Source of the DNA: Eledone cirrhosa
Taxonomy: Eukaryota
DNA length: 64,000 nucleotides
Direction of reading: 5' to 3'
Assembly: GCA_964016885.1 (NCBI GenBank)
Contig: OZ024748.1
Location: 50,468,001 to 50,532,000, forward strand
Shown: positions 28,066 through 43,093 of the stretch, piece after piece
How positions within the stretch are numbered: position 1 is the first letter of the stretch
How the letters are laid out: every line of letters starts with the position of its first letter
Made by a program: the position numbers and the translations under genes
Notes under the pieces: model-generated
Database searches by the model: none
What the model saw: the letters and a program-made list of their open reading frames with translations, nothing else
Told to the model about the DNA's origin: nothing

Positions 28066-28954
28066 TAAGTATGTACACGTACATACATATATGTATACCG
28101 ACGTACAGTAGTATGTATATATATATATACATACATGCACACATATATATATGCACGTATGGATTCACCGAACATTTATTATAATGCTCGGTTTGTTTGT
28201 AAACAAACATCCCGTATTAAGCCGTAGTGTCTAGCAACCACCGTTGCTCGTTTGTTCAACACTGACAAAGGAACGCTGTACTAGTTTCAAGCTTGTTAGC
28301 TATCGTCAGCTACGGCTTAATACGGGATGTTTGTTTACAAACACACCGAGCATTATAATAAATGTTCGGTGAATCCATACGTGCATATATATATGTGTGC
28401 ATGTATGTATATATATATATACATACTACTGTACGTCGGTATACATATATGTATGTACGTGTACATACTTATATTTAAGTAACAGCCGTACTAAGAGTGG
28501 GAAATGAAATATCGTTTCATTTTTTCTGTTTATCGTTTTCCGTGCACCCGGCCGATTAACCCACTCGATATGCAAATTGGGCTACTCAGCCGTTAATATG
28601 CATAAGGTAAGTATATGCGTTCAACAATCTGGCAGGAAGGTATACGTTGCTGACGATAGCTAACAAGCTTGAAACTAGTACAGCGTTCCTTTGTCAGTGT
28701 TGAACAAACGAGCAACGGTGGTTGCTAGACACTACGGCTTAATACGGGATGTTTGTTTACAAACACACCGAGCATTATAATAAATGTTCGGTGAATCCAT
28801 ACGTGCATATATATATGTGTGCATGTATGTATATATATATATACATACTACTGTACGTCGGTATACATATATGTATGTACGTGTACATACTTATATTTAA
28901 GTAACAGCCGTACTAAGAGTGGCAAATGAAATATCGTTTCATTTTTTCCGTTTA
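28066..28954. mobile_element. Family A retrozyme-like element, locus 3 (inverted partial monomer plus about 1.5 monomers, period 422 bp)
   Basis: 28066-28310 is the reverse complement of the unit. TACGGCTTAATACGGG occurs at 28311 and 28733. The 3' end matches the other loci, and TATATATATTTATACATATTTCACTAA is duplicated on both flanks. Confidence 0.85.
28630..28696 (+). ncRNA. Minimal type I hammerhead ribozyme (family A), predicted cleavage after A28680
   Basis: Reads CGTTG CTGACGA TAGC TAACAA GCTT GAAA CTAGTA CAGCG. Distal stem I pairs TGGCAGGAA with TTCCTTTGTCA. Confidence 0.85.
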
Positions 28955-30123
28955 TATATATATATTTATACATATTTCACTAAGGACTATCAGTTATGAT
29001 AGCATGAGCTCTTCAGTCGGCAAAACCTAAAATAAACATTGAATCTCCCTAAGAAACTAGTAAATTTGGAAAAATCTAATAATTTCCCTGAAAAAGATTT
29101 TCTTTTCATGATATATATATATTTGTGTGTTGGAATTTTACTTGTCTGACAAGTGACTTGATATGGAGCGTGCAAGGAATTTGTTGGAAAGTCACTTTAA
29201 TTATTCAAACACTGGATTAATTCTCTTTGCATATATCTTACACATCTTGGTGTTAAAAGTTTATTACACTGTTTGCGATGAACTCAGTGAAGCAGTCCCG
29301 AAATTGTTTAACATATTAATTGTAAACACTTTAACGCAATTAAAATCTTCACACGTTGCCACCCCTAATTCCTCCACCTCCGATGTAAATATGGTCTTTA
29401 TAATTGGTTAGCTGTCACTGAATTCTCGTAATACACATCAATTTCACATAACTTCATTTTAATTTTTGAATGATGAATGATTGAAAAATGTCTTACTGCA
29501 GAACCAAAGTTGTTGACATTTCTGTAAGTTGCAATACATAATTATATATACGTTTATGTGAAATGCATGAAAGGATATTTCCGGAAAGACATCCCATTTA
29601 ATACTTCTACAATATCGTTAATCCACTGCCCTACACGGGTACTTCATTTAATCGACCACGAAAGGATGAAGAGCACAGTTGAAACTAACGTGATACGAAT
29701 TCAGAGAGCAGACATTCTGAATAGATTATAGCATGACATAGTGTCCTATACAGTGAGGAGGAATTTGACAAATTGGTCATCTAGCAATGACTAGGCTCTC
29801 ACACGACCCTTCTTTGAAAATAAAATGATTAAAACATATAGACATTGTAAGCAAGTCTACGTTCATATATAAAGTAGAGACTTGATGTTTGATGCTTTAG
29901 GAAACCCTAGATAGCTTCAGATTTGCCAAAATAGGGAAAGAAATACAAACATATATACACTTTATTCAAAGTGACTTATTGACCTAAAAATCTATTAAGT
30001 AACTTAATAATGTTCTTATTAATAACATCAGATATTTAATGTCTATTCTGTGTACAACTCATGAAAATGTCGGCGGAAAACCTTGCCTTGGAATCTATTT
30101 AGTGAATGTATTCATTTATCATT

Positions 30124-30167
<44 letters not shown>

Positions 30168-30702
30168 TATCAAATATATATATACATATATATGTATGTC
30201 TGTATGTGTGTGTGTGTTTGTGTGTGTGTAGGCTGGGTTGTTATACCATTGGTTAGGGAACAAACGGACGAAGCAAAAAGGAATGATAAAGAGCAAGCAG
30301 GCCTCTAGGAGTTTTATAAATTTTAAAAGAGTGGGCGTGTACATAGCCTAGTAAATTTCAAAAGATGTAGTTCATACTTAGTTTCCACAGGAACCAAAGA
30401 GCTGTTCGACGATCATACGGACTCACTTACACAAACATACACACTTACATACACTCATAACCATATATACATACACATATGAACAAATATGAATGCATAA
30501 AAAAATGCATTTTCGAACCAATAGGAATTCATATAAACATTTATGAGTCTATGTCATTGCTATGATATATATGAATGCATATATGCACTTTGAACAGTAG
30601 TGTGATTTTGCATATGTAGGTACTAGCTTTGGGTGAGTATTTGAGATAAAAATACATTAAACGAAATATGTTAGCGAGTATACAAAGGGATAATCAAGCA
30701 GA

Positions 30703-30775
<73 letters not shown>

Positions 30776-31182
30776 TACATGTATATGTGTGTCTTTGCAT
30801 GCGTTTTTCTCACTGTCTCCCTCTATGTATATATATATATATATATAGAGACAGAGAGAGAGAGTGAGAGAGAAATGTATGTATATATTTACATGTGAGC
30901 AATGCGTAATAGGAGCGTGTGTAATTAAGCTGGTGTATACATATACTGTCATATGCAAAATTATTTAAACAAGTATGCAGATATATCAGGCATAATATGT
31001 TTATTTATAAATACATATATGTATGTATGCTATCATGGAGGATAACACTATATCTAAAACAAACAAAAATATTACTACTTATAATACAAAATACTCTACT
31101 ACAAAAACATATCTATATATACACATACAGTTAAACTTACATACACACACATACACATATTCACATATATATATATACATTA

Positions 31183-31251
<69 letters not shown>

Positions 31252-31495
31252 CTATTCATATATTTATGTGGAAATATATATATATATATATATATGCATA
31301 TGTACATGCTCTTTGAGATATATTCATAATTATTTACATATGTATACAAGAAGATGGTTTTGCATAGATATGGCGAAATATTCTTCTCATCCTGTTTGTT
31401 TTTTCAACATTATCAATCTGTTAACAACAACAATGACAAAAAATTATATATATATATATATACACACACATATATACATACATACATACATACAT

Positions 31496-31546
<51 letters not shown>

Positions 31547-32139
31547 GACATATATGTGTGTGTGTGTATATATATGTGTGTGTGTATATATATATATATA
31601 TATAACGACAAAATCAAGAACCACAACAGCAACAATAACCGAACCCAACTAAAAAAAAAATCACAATAACAACCACAAAGAAAAATAAAAAAAAAAAACT
31701 ATTGAAGCATAACTGGTTGATAAGATGTTACACATATACACATACAACATATTGAGACAGACATATGGAGTGTGACAAACACACATATATTGACACATGA
31801 AGAAACAATCACACACACAGATACCCGCAATCATATGTAATAACAATAACTATAACAGACAATAATACAATAAATAATAAGAAAAAGTAAATAATAATAA
31901 CAACAATTCCACAAGAAAAACCGCATGTAATAATCACTTCACCATAACAGAGAGATCGATATATGTAGGGGTATGTTATTTTTAGTCTTATCTGTAGTAA
32001 TAATAGTTGTATTTTCAGTAATACTAATGGCAGTATTACTACTACCAATGACAATATGAATACTAATAAAAATATATTAATGAAATATTACAAGCATAAC
32101 TATAACAACTATAACGGCAACAACAACAATAACAATGAT

Positions 32140-32176
32140 GTAATGATAATAATAGTAATAATAATAATAGTAATAA

Positions 32177-32210
<34 letters not shown>

Positions 32211-32303
32211 GGTGGTAGCAGTAGTAGTAGTAGCAGTAGTAGTAAAAGTAGTAGTAGTAGTAATAGTAGTAGTAGCAGTAGTAGTAGTAGTAGTAGTAGT
32301 AGC

Positions 32304-32340
<37 letters not shown>

Positions 32341-32341
32341 A
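32140..32341. repeat. (GTA)n/(ATA)n microsatellite
   Basis: Direct reading of the sequence. Confidence 0.95.
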
Positions 32342-32579
32342 CATGAGAAAGACAACGTAATCATATCAAACGAAGAGAATGGCATTGGGTTATATAACAG
32401 AACCAGGCTGAGACCGAGAGAGGGGTAATATTATCAAATAGTTCCCTTTTCTCTCAACATTTTCAGATATTGAACCAAAAACCTAAAAAAAAAAAACTAA
32501 AAAAAAAAAACTAAAAAAAAAAACTAAAAAAAAAAAAAAAGATACTAAAATGTTCACGATGGCAACGACGAAGCTGATA

Positions 32580-32655
32580 CTGCTGATGATGAACATTATG
32601 ATGATCAAGGTGATGGTGATGATGATGGTTGTGATGATAATGATGTTGACGAAAC

Positions 32656-32711
<56 letters not shown>

Positions 32712-32747
32712 ATGATAATGATGTTGGGGATGCAAATCGTAATGAAA

Positions 32748-32783
<36 letters not shown>

Positions 32784-32835
32784 CTGTTGATGATGATGAT
32801 GATGATGATGCTGTTGATGATGATGATGGTTATGA
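32580..32835. repeat. (GAT)n microsatellite
   Basis: Direct reading; it accounts for the poly-Met and poly-His ORFs. Confidence 0.95.
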
Positions 32836-32943
32836 TAAGGAAAAAAAATAATAAGTGTCAGTTCGAGAAAATTACAAATTCTTTTCCGTTTAAAGAAAAA
32901 TAAGAAACACACATACACACACACGTACACACACACACACACG

Positions 32944-33046
<103 letters not shown>

Positions 33047-33381
33047 CTATATATATATCTATAAAGAGAGAGAGAGAGAGGGAGACGGGTAGGGAGGGCG
33101 CGAGAGACATATATGGTTGTATAAATATATATATATATACATATAAATATATGCTAGTGTGCATGTTACTGTGTGTGTTTGTATGTGTATGTTCTTACAT
33201 ATATATTTATATATTCATATAATCATGTATCTATATAGTTAGATGCAACATGTCTATATACTACTATGCTTATGTATATTTATATATATGTAAGTATATA
33301 TATATATAAATAAATATATATATATATATATAAATGAAAGTATAGAAATTATTGTGAGCGTGAAGCCAACAGTATTTCATA

Positions 33382-33523
<142 letters not shown>

Positions 33524-33685
33524 TATATATATATACATATATATACATATCTATATATATATATATGTAAGACGAAATGTGAGAGGCTAGGTGGAAAGCC
33601 AGAGGGAGTGAGAAAATAAGAGAGAGAGCGAGAGAGAGAGTAAGAGAGAGATAGAGATAGAGATAGAGATAGAGAGAGAGGGAGG

Positions 33686-33720
<35 letters not shown>

Positions 33721-33736
33721 GGTGAAAGAAAGAAAA

Positions 33737-33781
<45 letters not shown>

Positions 33782-34385
33782 CAGAGCTGTATCATGTATT
33801 CCTAGGAGATTTATATAACTTTGATCTTTTTAAGAGATATATAGCAAGAATATCATTAATCGAACACAGAACTGCATCAATCCGGAAACAGTAAGAGAAT
33901 GACATGAATAAAATAATGATGATAAAAATAACAATAACATTAATAAAAATAATAATAATATTAACAACAACAACAGCAACAACAGTAATGGTCTCGAAAT
34001 AAACATAAAACAGTAATATACAAAAAACAAAAATATATATATATATATATATAAAATAATTGCTCCCCAAAAAAAAAAAAAATGCCGAAGAGGACAAAGA
34101 CATTACGATTGAAAAAGTATAAAAGAAAAAACTAAAGAGACACGTATATATAAAAATGAACGGACAGTGGTCGGTCTAGCAGTGATAATACGAAATTAGG
34201 TAATATCTTTTGAATGGAATATGCCGACTCCCAGACTACAGCCTTATAGCTTTCTGAATGGACTGAAATGAAAAATATAATAACTAACAAAACAACAACT
34301 ACAATAAGAAAATATAGAATGAACAGAAATGACAAAACGAAACAAAAATATTTATTTACAAACATATATATATATATATATGTAT

Positions 34386-34417
<32 letters not shown>

Positions 34418-34418
34418 G

Positions 34419-34474
<56 letters not shown>

Positions 34475-34829
34475 CGTACATACGTACAACATGTATACAT
34501 ACATGCATACATACACACATAAATATGTACATACATACATATACAAACATATACATACGTACATACATACATACACACATTAATACATATCTATTTCTCA
34601 CTCTCTCTCTCTATATATATATACATATATATATGTATATACACATATTATATATATATATATGGATACATATATAATACATATATATATATATGTGTGT
34701 AATAATATGTATATACATACATACATATATATATATATATATGTGTGTGTGTGTATATATATGTATATACATACATACATATATATATACACACACACAC
34801 ACATATATATATATGTATTATATATAAAT

Positions 34830-34903
<74 letters not shown>

Positions 34904-35489
34904 ATGTGTGTGTATATGTATGTGTGCGTATGTTTGTGTATTGGTAAAAACAAAACAATAACAAACAAATTAATACAAGACCTCAGTATCAAAATAATAT
35001 CAATAGGCAAAAAATTATACATATATATATATATATGTATGTATATATACACATACTTATATATATATATACAAAAAAGCAAAATATGAAGAAAAAAGTG
35101 TAAAAACGAACAACGAAAAAAAAAATAGAAAGAAGATGGAAGAGGAGGAGAAAAGAAGAAAAGAAAGAAATAATGCTAGCGACATAATAACATAGAAAAT
35201 GGAATAAGAGTCAAAATAAAAATGGTTTTGATGTATGTATGTATGGCAAAGCCGAAGCCCATTTTCAGCAAGATTTGCTGCCTTCAAACGTCCAACACAA
35301 ATGCCTTCCAAGCAAAGTGTGAGCATGGCTTTTTGTCATGTGGCCATAATAGAAAGAGAGGGATAGGGGATGGAGGCGGTGTTCTAAAAATTCTTTAGCG
35401 ATAAACATAATTACAATAAAGAAATAAATATCAATGATCAAATACGGATTGTTTATTCCATCGCTTTGTGTATTTGTAATATGTGTGTG

Positions 35490-35545
<56 letters not shown>

Positions 35546-35584
35546 GTATATATATATGTATATATATATATGTATATATATATG

Positions 35585-35654
<70 letters not shown>

Positions 35655-35712
35655 TATAGATATAGATACATATATATATACACGCACACATATATATATA
35701 TATATATGCCGA

Positions 35713-35755
<43 letters not shown>

Positions 35756-35840
35756 GGAGAGAGAGATTTTTTTTGTTGTTTTGTATATGTGCTTGAGTAT
35801 AACAATATATGAATACTTTCATACAAAGCGAAACACATAG

Positions 35841-35885
<45 letters not shown>

Positions 35886-36971
35886 GAGAGAGCGACAAAA
35901 AGAGAAAGTGAGAGAGAAGTAAAGAAAGTGTGAATTATCTACACACACATACACACATATATGTATACATACATAGATATGTATGAATATATACATGTAT
36001 ATATATGTGCAAGCATATATGTTATGTATGCATGTATGTATGTATGCATGTGTGTATGTATGCATGTATGTATGCATGTATGTATGTATGCATGTATGTA
36101 TGTATGTATGTATGTATGTATGTATGTATGTATGTATGTATGTATGTATGTATGTATGTATGCATTTATGTATGTGTGTATACAATCAAAGTTACATATG
36201 TAATGATGACACGTGTGATTGTTAAACAAAGATCTGTGAGTTTAGCCAACGTGGGGTCGAAACTAGTTTATTTTGAAGTTAAATTATAGTGCCTAAAAAA
36301 TAATTTTGCTATATTAGAGCTGCGATTTCATTGGATGAATGGATAATGTATTATGACGAGAAATAGATATATAGCCTGAGAGTGAGTGAGAGAGAGAGAG
36401 CGAGAGCGAGCGAGAGAGAGAGAGCGAGAGAGAGAGAGTAAAAGGAGAGAGAGAGAGAGAGAACAATTGAGAGAAATTGCGAAAGTTCGAGAGAAAGATC
36501 GAGCGAAAGTGCGTAGGTTTAGAACATGAGAGTGAGTGAAAAGAAACGAATATGATGGGTAATGGGAGTCAGTGCTAATTTTAATCATAAAGCTAGAGAT
36601 TATAATATCAATCAGGTCAACCCCATTACTTACTTCAGTATGGTACTTAAGTTATTGATCTCTAATTTTTGAATCTCTAAGTTACCGACTATAATGCTCT
36701 ACAAAGTAAAAACAACACCAATTTATGAGTTCGAATGCACAAAACCACAAATACAAATACAAACACACAAAGACACAACCACAAATGCATAATGCGTCGA
36801 AATATCAGCGAGCCACAGTAGACAGTCAAAGAGTGGGGATTGTCCTTATGTTTGTGTTTCTCTTACGTTTTCTAAACAATATATATATATATATATTTAC
36901 ATATATAAATATATATTTACATATAAATATATATATATAACTTTCTTTTTATTTGCCACACACACACAGAC

Positions 36972-37008
<37 letters not shown>

Positions 37009-37015
37009 TATTTAT

Positions 37016-37311
37016 GCGGATGTGGCGCATGCGCAGACTGAGCTCACAACACACACAGAGAAACAAGATGGCGTAGGACAGAACAAAGGAGAGGCACAAA
37101 AACAAAGAAAAGAATCCCCAGTCACTGAAGAGGTCACAGAATGTGTGACGAAATAACTTTGACAATATATAAACAATTGGTTGTGGAACCAACCAACCAA
37201 CCGGAAATTTATAAATTCCTAAATTTATAAATTTATTATAATAAATTGAAGTGAAACCGCTGGTGCGTGTGTTTCTTATTGGCAACATGACCCTCCCAAA
37301 GTATAACAATA
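37016..37311 (+). mobile_element. Family B hammerhead-bearing element (PLE pseudo-LTR-like) between (TA)n arrays
   Basis: Order is promoter-like motifs, hammerhead, AATAAA (37240), then a terminus ...ACCCTCCCAAAGTATAACAATA that is shared with 51845-52071 and 44237-44271. Confidence 0.65.
37121..37163 (+). ncRNA. Type I hammerhead-like motif (family B)
   Basis: Reads GTCA-CTGAAGA-G-GTCACA GAATG TGTGAC-GAAA-TAAC-TT-TGAC. Stem I is GTCA/TGAC, stem II has 6 bp, and stem III is decayed. Confidence 0.6.
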
Positions 37312-37355
<44 letters not shown>

Positions 37356-37538
37356 AATATACATATATGTTTATCCTGGGTTCAATCGAGCGTAACCACA
37401 GTAAGTAAGGTACTGAATACATAGCAGAGTATAAACATTTAATATAGAAATGGCTTCTAGAGGAAAAAAAATAATTTCATTCGTATGAAATCATCGGGAA
37501 GGCATTCTTAATGATTTCATACAAATGAATCAGCTATT

Positions 37539-37751
37539 TAATTATAAAGTGAACAGAAAATATAACTACTCCCTTACGAAAGGTGTCTGGATCACATTTA
37601 AAATCTGTTACAGATTTTAAATCTCATTTCATATTATTTATCTATAACATCTCTGTCTGACGAACCATCCAGATGTATATTATTAACGTCTGTGATCCTG
37701 AAACCTTTGGTAATGGAGTAGTTATATTTTGTGTTGTTCACTTTCTAATTA
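37539..37751. mobile_element. MITE-like element with ~55 bp imperfect terminal inverted repeats
   Basis: TAATTATAAAGTGAACAGAAAATATAACTACTCC...GGATCAC pairs with GTGATCC...GGAGTAGTTATATTTT...TGTTCACTTTCTAATTA. Confidence 0.6.
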
Positions 37752-37759
37752 AATATATA

Positions 37760-38400
37760 TCACCTTGATCACCTTGACCGACCAGTCTGTCGGGCGTCCA
37801 TTCAGCGCCGCTGGTCACAGCACGCCGTCCATTCCTCTCTGGATTGTGCTTTCCTCATCCATGTAGTCCCAATCATATTCCTAAAATCTTAACTTCACCT
37901 TCGTGGAGGCCTTCTAAGTGGTCGTTTCTGCTCGCGCGGGTACCACTCGGCAAATGCGCGAGTCCACCGACTATCGATGAACCGGGCGACGTGTCCAGCC
38001 CATCTGAACTTGCTGCGCATATATTCCGTGATGACGTCCCTCACGCCGGACCTCTGTCTGATCACTTCGCTCCTGATGTGCTCTCTCAACGAGATTCCTA
38101 ACATTGATCTCTCCATGGCTCTTTGAGCCGTTACCAGCCTCTGCTCTTCTCTCTTCGTTGTAGCTCAAGTTTCACTGCCATATAACATTGTAGGTAAAAC
38201 TGTGCTATTGAAGAGGCTGGCGCGGGTGGTCTTGACCAACCTCCCCTAGAGCACATCCCTTATGCCATTGAACGCCTTCCATCAGGCCCTTACTCTCCGT
38301 GAGATCTCCCTCTCTATGTCTCCAGGCATGTTCACTTCTTGTCCTAGGTAAACGTATTCCTCCACCTCCTCTATTTCATCACCGCCAACCACCATTCGAC

Positions 38401-38402
<2 letters not shown>
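37760..38402 (-). pseudogene. RTE-clade LINE 3' end
   Basis: Translation contains YVYLGQ, LYGSET, MERSMLGISLREHIRSEVIR...KFRWAGHVAR...WYPREQKRP. There is a short (TCAAGGTGA)-type tail. Confidence 0.85.
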
Positions 38403-38471
<69 letters not shown>

Positions 38472-38624
38472 ATAAAAAGGACGGCGGTTTTAAACCTTCA
38501 TTACATTTATTGTGACGCGCGTTTCGCGATTGATCTGTTCAAGGTTCGATCTGTATCGATCGGGCCCGACTCCGGCATCAAATGACTTTTGTTATGCTAA
38601 TTACAGAATTAATATATATATATG

Positions 38625-38715
<91 letters not shown>

Positions 38716-38734
38716 ACTTCTGGCAGTCCAGAAT

Positions 38735-38865
38735 TAGCCGTCGAAACGGCTTGAGCTCAGCCGTCGGGGTCTTACCTGTTCCTATTACCCACTCTACTAC
38801 CCTAAGTATTGAGTACTTTGGTACGTTATGGTCCACCTGGTTCCTTACCACATTTCCTTCGTTAT
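38735..38865 (+). mobile_element. Family D terminal fragment
   Basis: Homologous to 3612-3745 and ends TTCGTTAT followed by (TA)n. Confidence 0.6.
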
Positions 38866-38936
38866 ATAAATATATATATATATATGCACGTTCTCTCTCT
38901 CCGCCCTCACTCTAACACACACACATACACACACAT

Positions 38937-38970
<34 letters not shown>

Positions 38971-39314
38971 GTATATATAAATATAATAAGATAGAGAAGA
39001 GATAGCACTCCACCACACGATAATAGTCGGCAGTAGCAAATATCGTTATTTGTTTGAAGATTTTCATCAGTAAAACAGAGTCCACGAGTAATGTACGTAT
39101 ATGTTACCTCTGTTGACTATAAATGTTACGAAAATAATTTTACACAAAGACGAGAACTATAGGAATATTATACAATTATAAAGAAAAAATAAACATTATG
39201 AAATTATATACAACACAGACTAAAATAGAGGTTTTCATATTTTTCATATATTTGATTGTATTGGGTTATATTTTTATATGAATATTTTTTACACTATAGA
39301 TATTAGTTTTGTGT

Positions 39315-39345
<31 letters not shown>

Positions 39346-39348
39346 ACA

Positions 39349-39379
<31 letters not shown>

Positions 39380-39412
39380 TATATAACCATATATATATAT
39401 ATATATATAACC

Positions 39413-39450
<38 letters not shown>

Positions 39451-39469
39451 CCATATATATATATAATGG

Positions 39470-39574
<105 letters not shown>

Positions 39575-39575
39575 A

Positions 39576-39661
<86 letters not shown>

Positions 39662-39746
39662 CCATATATATATATATATATATATATAAGGTTATACATA
39701 TGTATATATATATATATATATGTATATATACGTATATATATATATA

Positions 39747-39821
<75 letters not shown>

Positions 39822-40077
39822 GGGGGAGCGAGAGAGAGAGAGAGAGAAAGAGAGTATTTTCAATCTATTCCCTCCCACCCTATCTCTATTTCTATCATGT
39901 TCTTTGTGTATATACTCATATTTCTTAGACCTGCAACACACATATATATATGTGTGTGTGTGTGTATATGGATGTATATATACGTATATATATAAACATA
40001 TGTATATATATAAACATATATATATCTATATCTTTCTGTCTCTCTCTCTCTATATATATGTACATATATATACATAC

Positions 40078-40226
<149 letters not shown>

Positions 40227-40329
40227 CATAGTCATACACAACAATTTAGTGTTAGTTCTATTGTAATGCAAAAGATGACGAATGACTCGGTCGTCATGCT
40301 ATGTGGATAACAACACTTGAAATAGCCAG

Positions 40330-41671
40330 AACGATAATTCAGAAGGAAAAAACAACAGCGACACCGTAGATAATGGCGACGGTGACGTCGATGGCGCCGA
40401 TGACGATGACGTCGATGCCGATGACGGCGAAGACGACCACGACGACGGCAAGGACGTTGATGACGACTACCGCCATTGCTACCACGAAGACAAACCACCT
40501 ACACCAGCAAAAACCACCACGCCACCGCCTCTTATCAGGACTATTCACCTAACCCCTTCCAACACGAACACCACCGCCACTATCACCACCACCGCGACTA
40601 TCACCACCGCCACTATCACCACCACCGCCACTATCACCACCGCCACTATCACCACCACCACTATCACCACCGCCACTATCACCACCGCCACTATCACCAA
40701 CGCCACTATCACCACCGCCACTATCAACCCCGTCACTATCAGCACCGCCACTATCACCACTATCACAGCAACACCACCGCCACTATCACCACCACCACTA
40801 TCAACCCCGCCACTATCACCACCGCCACTATCACCACTATCACAGCAACACCACCTCCACTAAGTAGCACCACTAGCATCACCAGTAGCAACAACAACAG
40901 CAACACAGCCCCTATACTACGCCATCAACGCCACCAACCCCACCAACAACACCACCACCACCACTACTCTCTTACAACTAACAACAATAAATATTTCCCT
41001 CAGCACCACCACCACCACCACCACCACCACCACCACCACCACCACCACCGCCACCAACTCCACCACCACCACCATCGCCACAAACATCACCGCACCGCCA
41101 ACACCACCACCAACACCACCATCGCCACAAACACCACCGCACGGCCAACACCACCACCACCACCACCACCACCACCACCATCGCCACAAACACCACCGCA
41201 CCGCCAACACCACCAGCGCCACCACCATCGCCACAAACACCACCGCACGGCCAACACCACCACCACCACCACCACCATCGCCACAAACACCACCGCACCA
41301 CCAACACCACCACCACCACCGACGCCGCCGCCGCCGCCACAATCACCAGCACCAGCACAACCACCTCCACCAACACCACCTCCACCAACAGCACAACCAC
41401 CTCCACCAGCAGCACAACCACCTCCACCAACACCACCTCCACCAACAGTACCACCAACAACACCACCAATATCACAACCATCACCATCGCCACCACAACC
41501 GCCGCCACCAGCACCAGCGTCAGCACCACCTCCACCAACACCACAACTACCACCATCGCCACCACCACCAGCACAACCACCACCACCACCACCACCACCA
41601 GCACCACCACTGCCACCAGCACCACCACCAGCACCACCACTGCCACCACCAGCACCACCACCAGCACCAGC

Positions 41672-41702
<31 letters not shown>

Positions 41703-41713
41703 CAACCACCAGC

Positions 41714-41744
<31 letters not shown>

Positions 41745-43061
41745 CCACCACCACCAGCACCACCACAGCCACCACCACCACCAGCACCACCACTGCCACC
41801 ACCACTGCCACCACCAGCACCACCACCAGCACCAGCACCAGCACCACCAGCACCACCACCACCACCACAACCACCACCACCAGCACCACCAGCACCACCA
41901 CCACCACCACCAGCACCACCACCACCACCACCACCAGCACAACCACCAGCACCACCACCACCAGCACCACCACCACCACCACCAGCACCACCACTGCCAC
42001 CACCACCACCTATTATGCCTTCACAATCATTGCAAACGTCATAGCCACCACCTCCATCACCAGTGCAGCCTCCACCAATATCACTATATCACCACTACTA
42101 TATCGCTACCCTTTTACTACCTTCACCCCCCCCCAACATTATCACATTGCCACTACTTCCCCCACTACTACACCACTACTACTTCCCCCACTACTACACC
42201 ACTACTACTTCCCCCACTACTACACCCCTACTACTTCCACCAACCAATACCAACACCATCACACTACACCCCTACTACTTCCCCCACTACTACACCCCTA
42301 TTACTTCCCCCACTACTACACCCCTACTACTTCCCCCACTACTACACCCCTACTACTTCCACCACTACTACACCCCTATTACTTCCCCCACTACTACACC
42401 CCTACTACTTCCCCCACTACTACACCCCTACTACTTCCACCACTACTACACCCCTATTACTTCCCCCACTACTACACCCCTACTACTTCCCCCACTACTA
42501 CACCACTACTACTTCCACCAACCAATACCAACACCATCACACTACACCCCTACTACTTCCCCCACTACTACACCCCTACTACTTCACCCACCACTACCAC
42601 CACCACCACCACTACCACCACTGCCGGTAACATGACTCCGTCACCGATACACGCGACCACCGCATGGTTACTCCTTCGCCATCCCTAACATAATCAGATC
42701 AACCATCAACCATCAACTACGGCACTTCTACCCAATCACCACCAACACTAGCACCACCACCACCATTACCACCACCACCACCACCACCACCACCACCACC
42801 ACCAGAAACACCACCACCATCACCATTAACAAATCACCACCGCCACAATTTCCTACACCGCCACCACCACCGCCACCATTTCCTCCACCACCACCACCGC
42901 TACCACCATTTCCTCCAACACCACCACCACCACTACCACCACCACCCCCACCATTTCTTCCTGTACCACCACCACCAACCTCCACCACCGCTACCACCAT
43001 TGCCGCTACCACTCTTACCACCACCACCACCACCACCACCACCACCAACACCACCACCACC

Positions 43062-43093
<32 letters not shown>

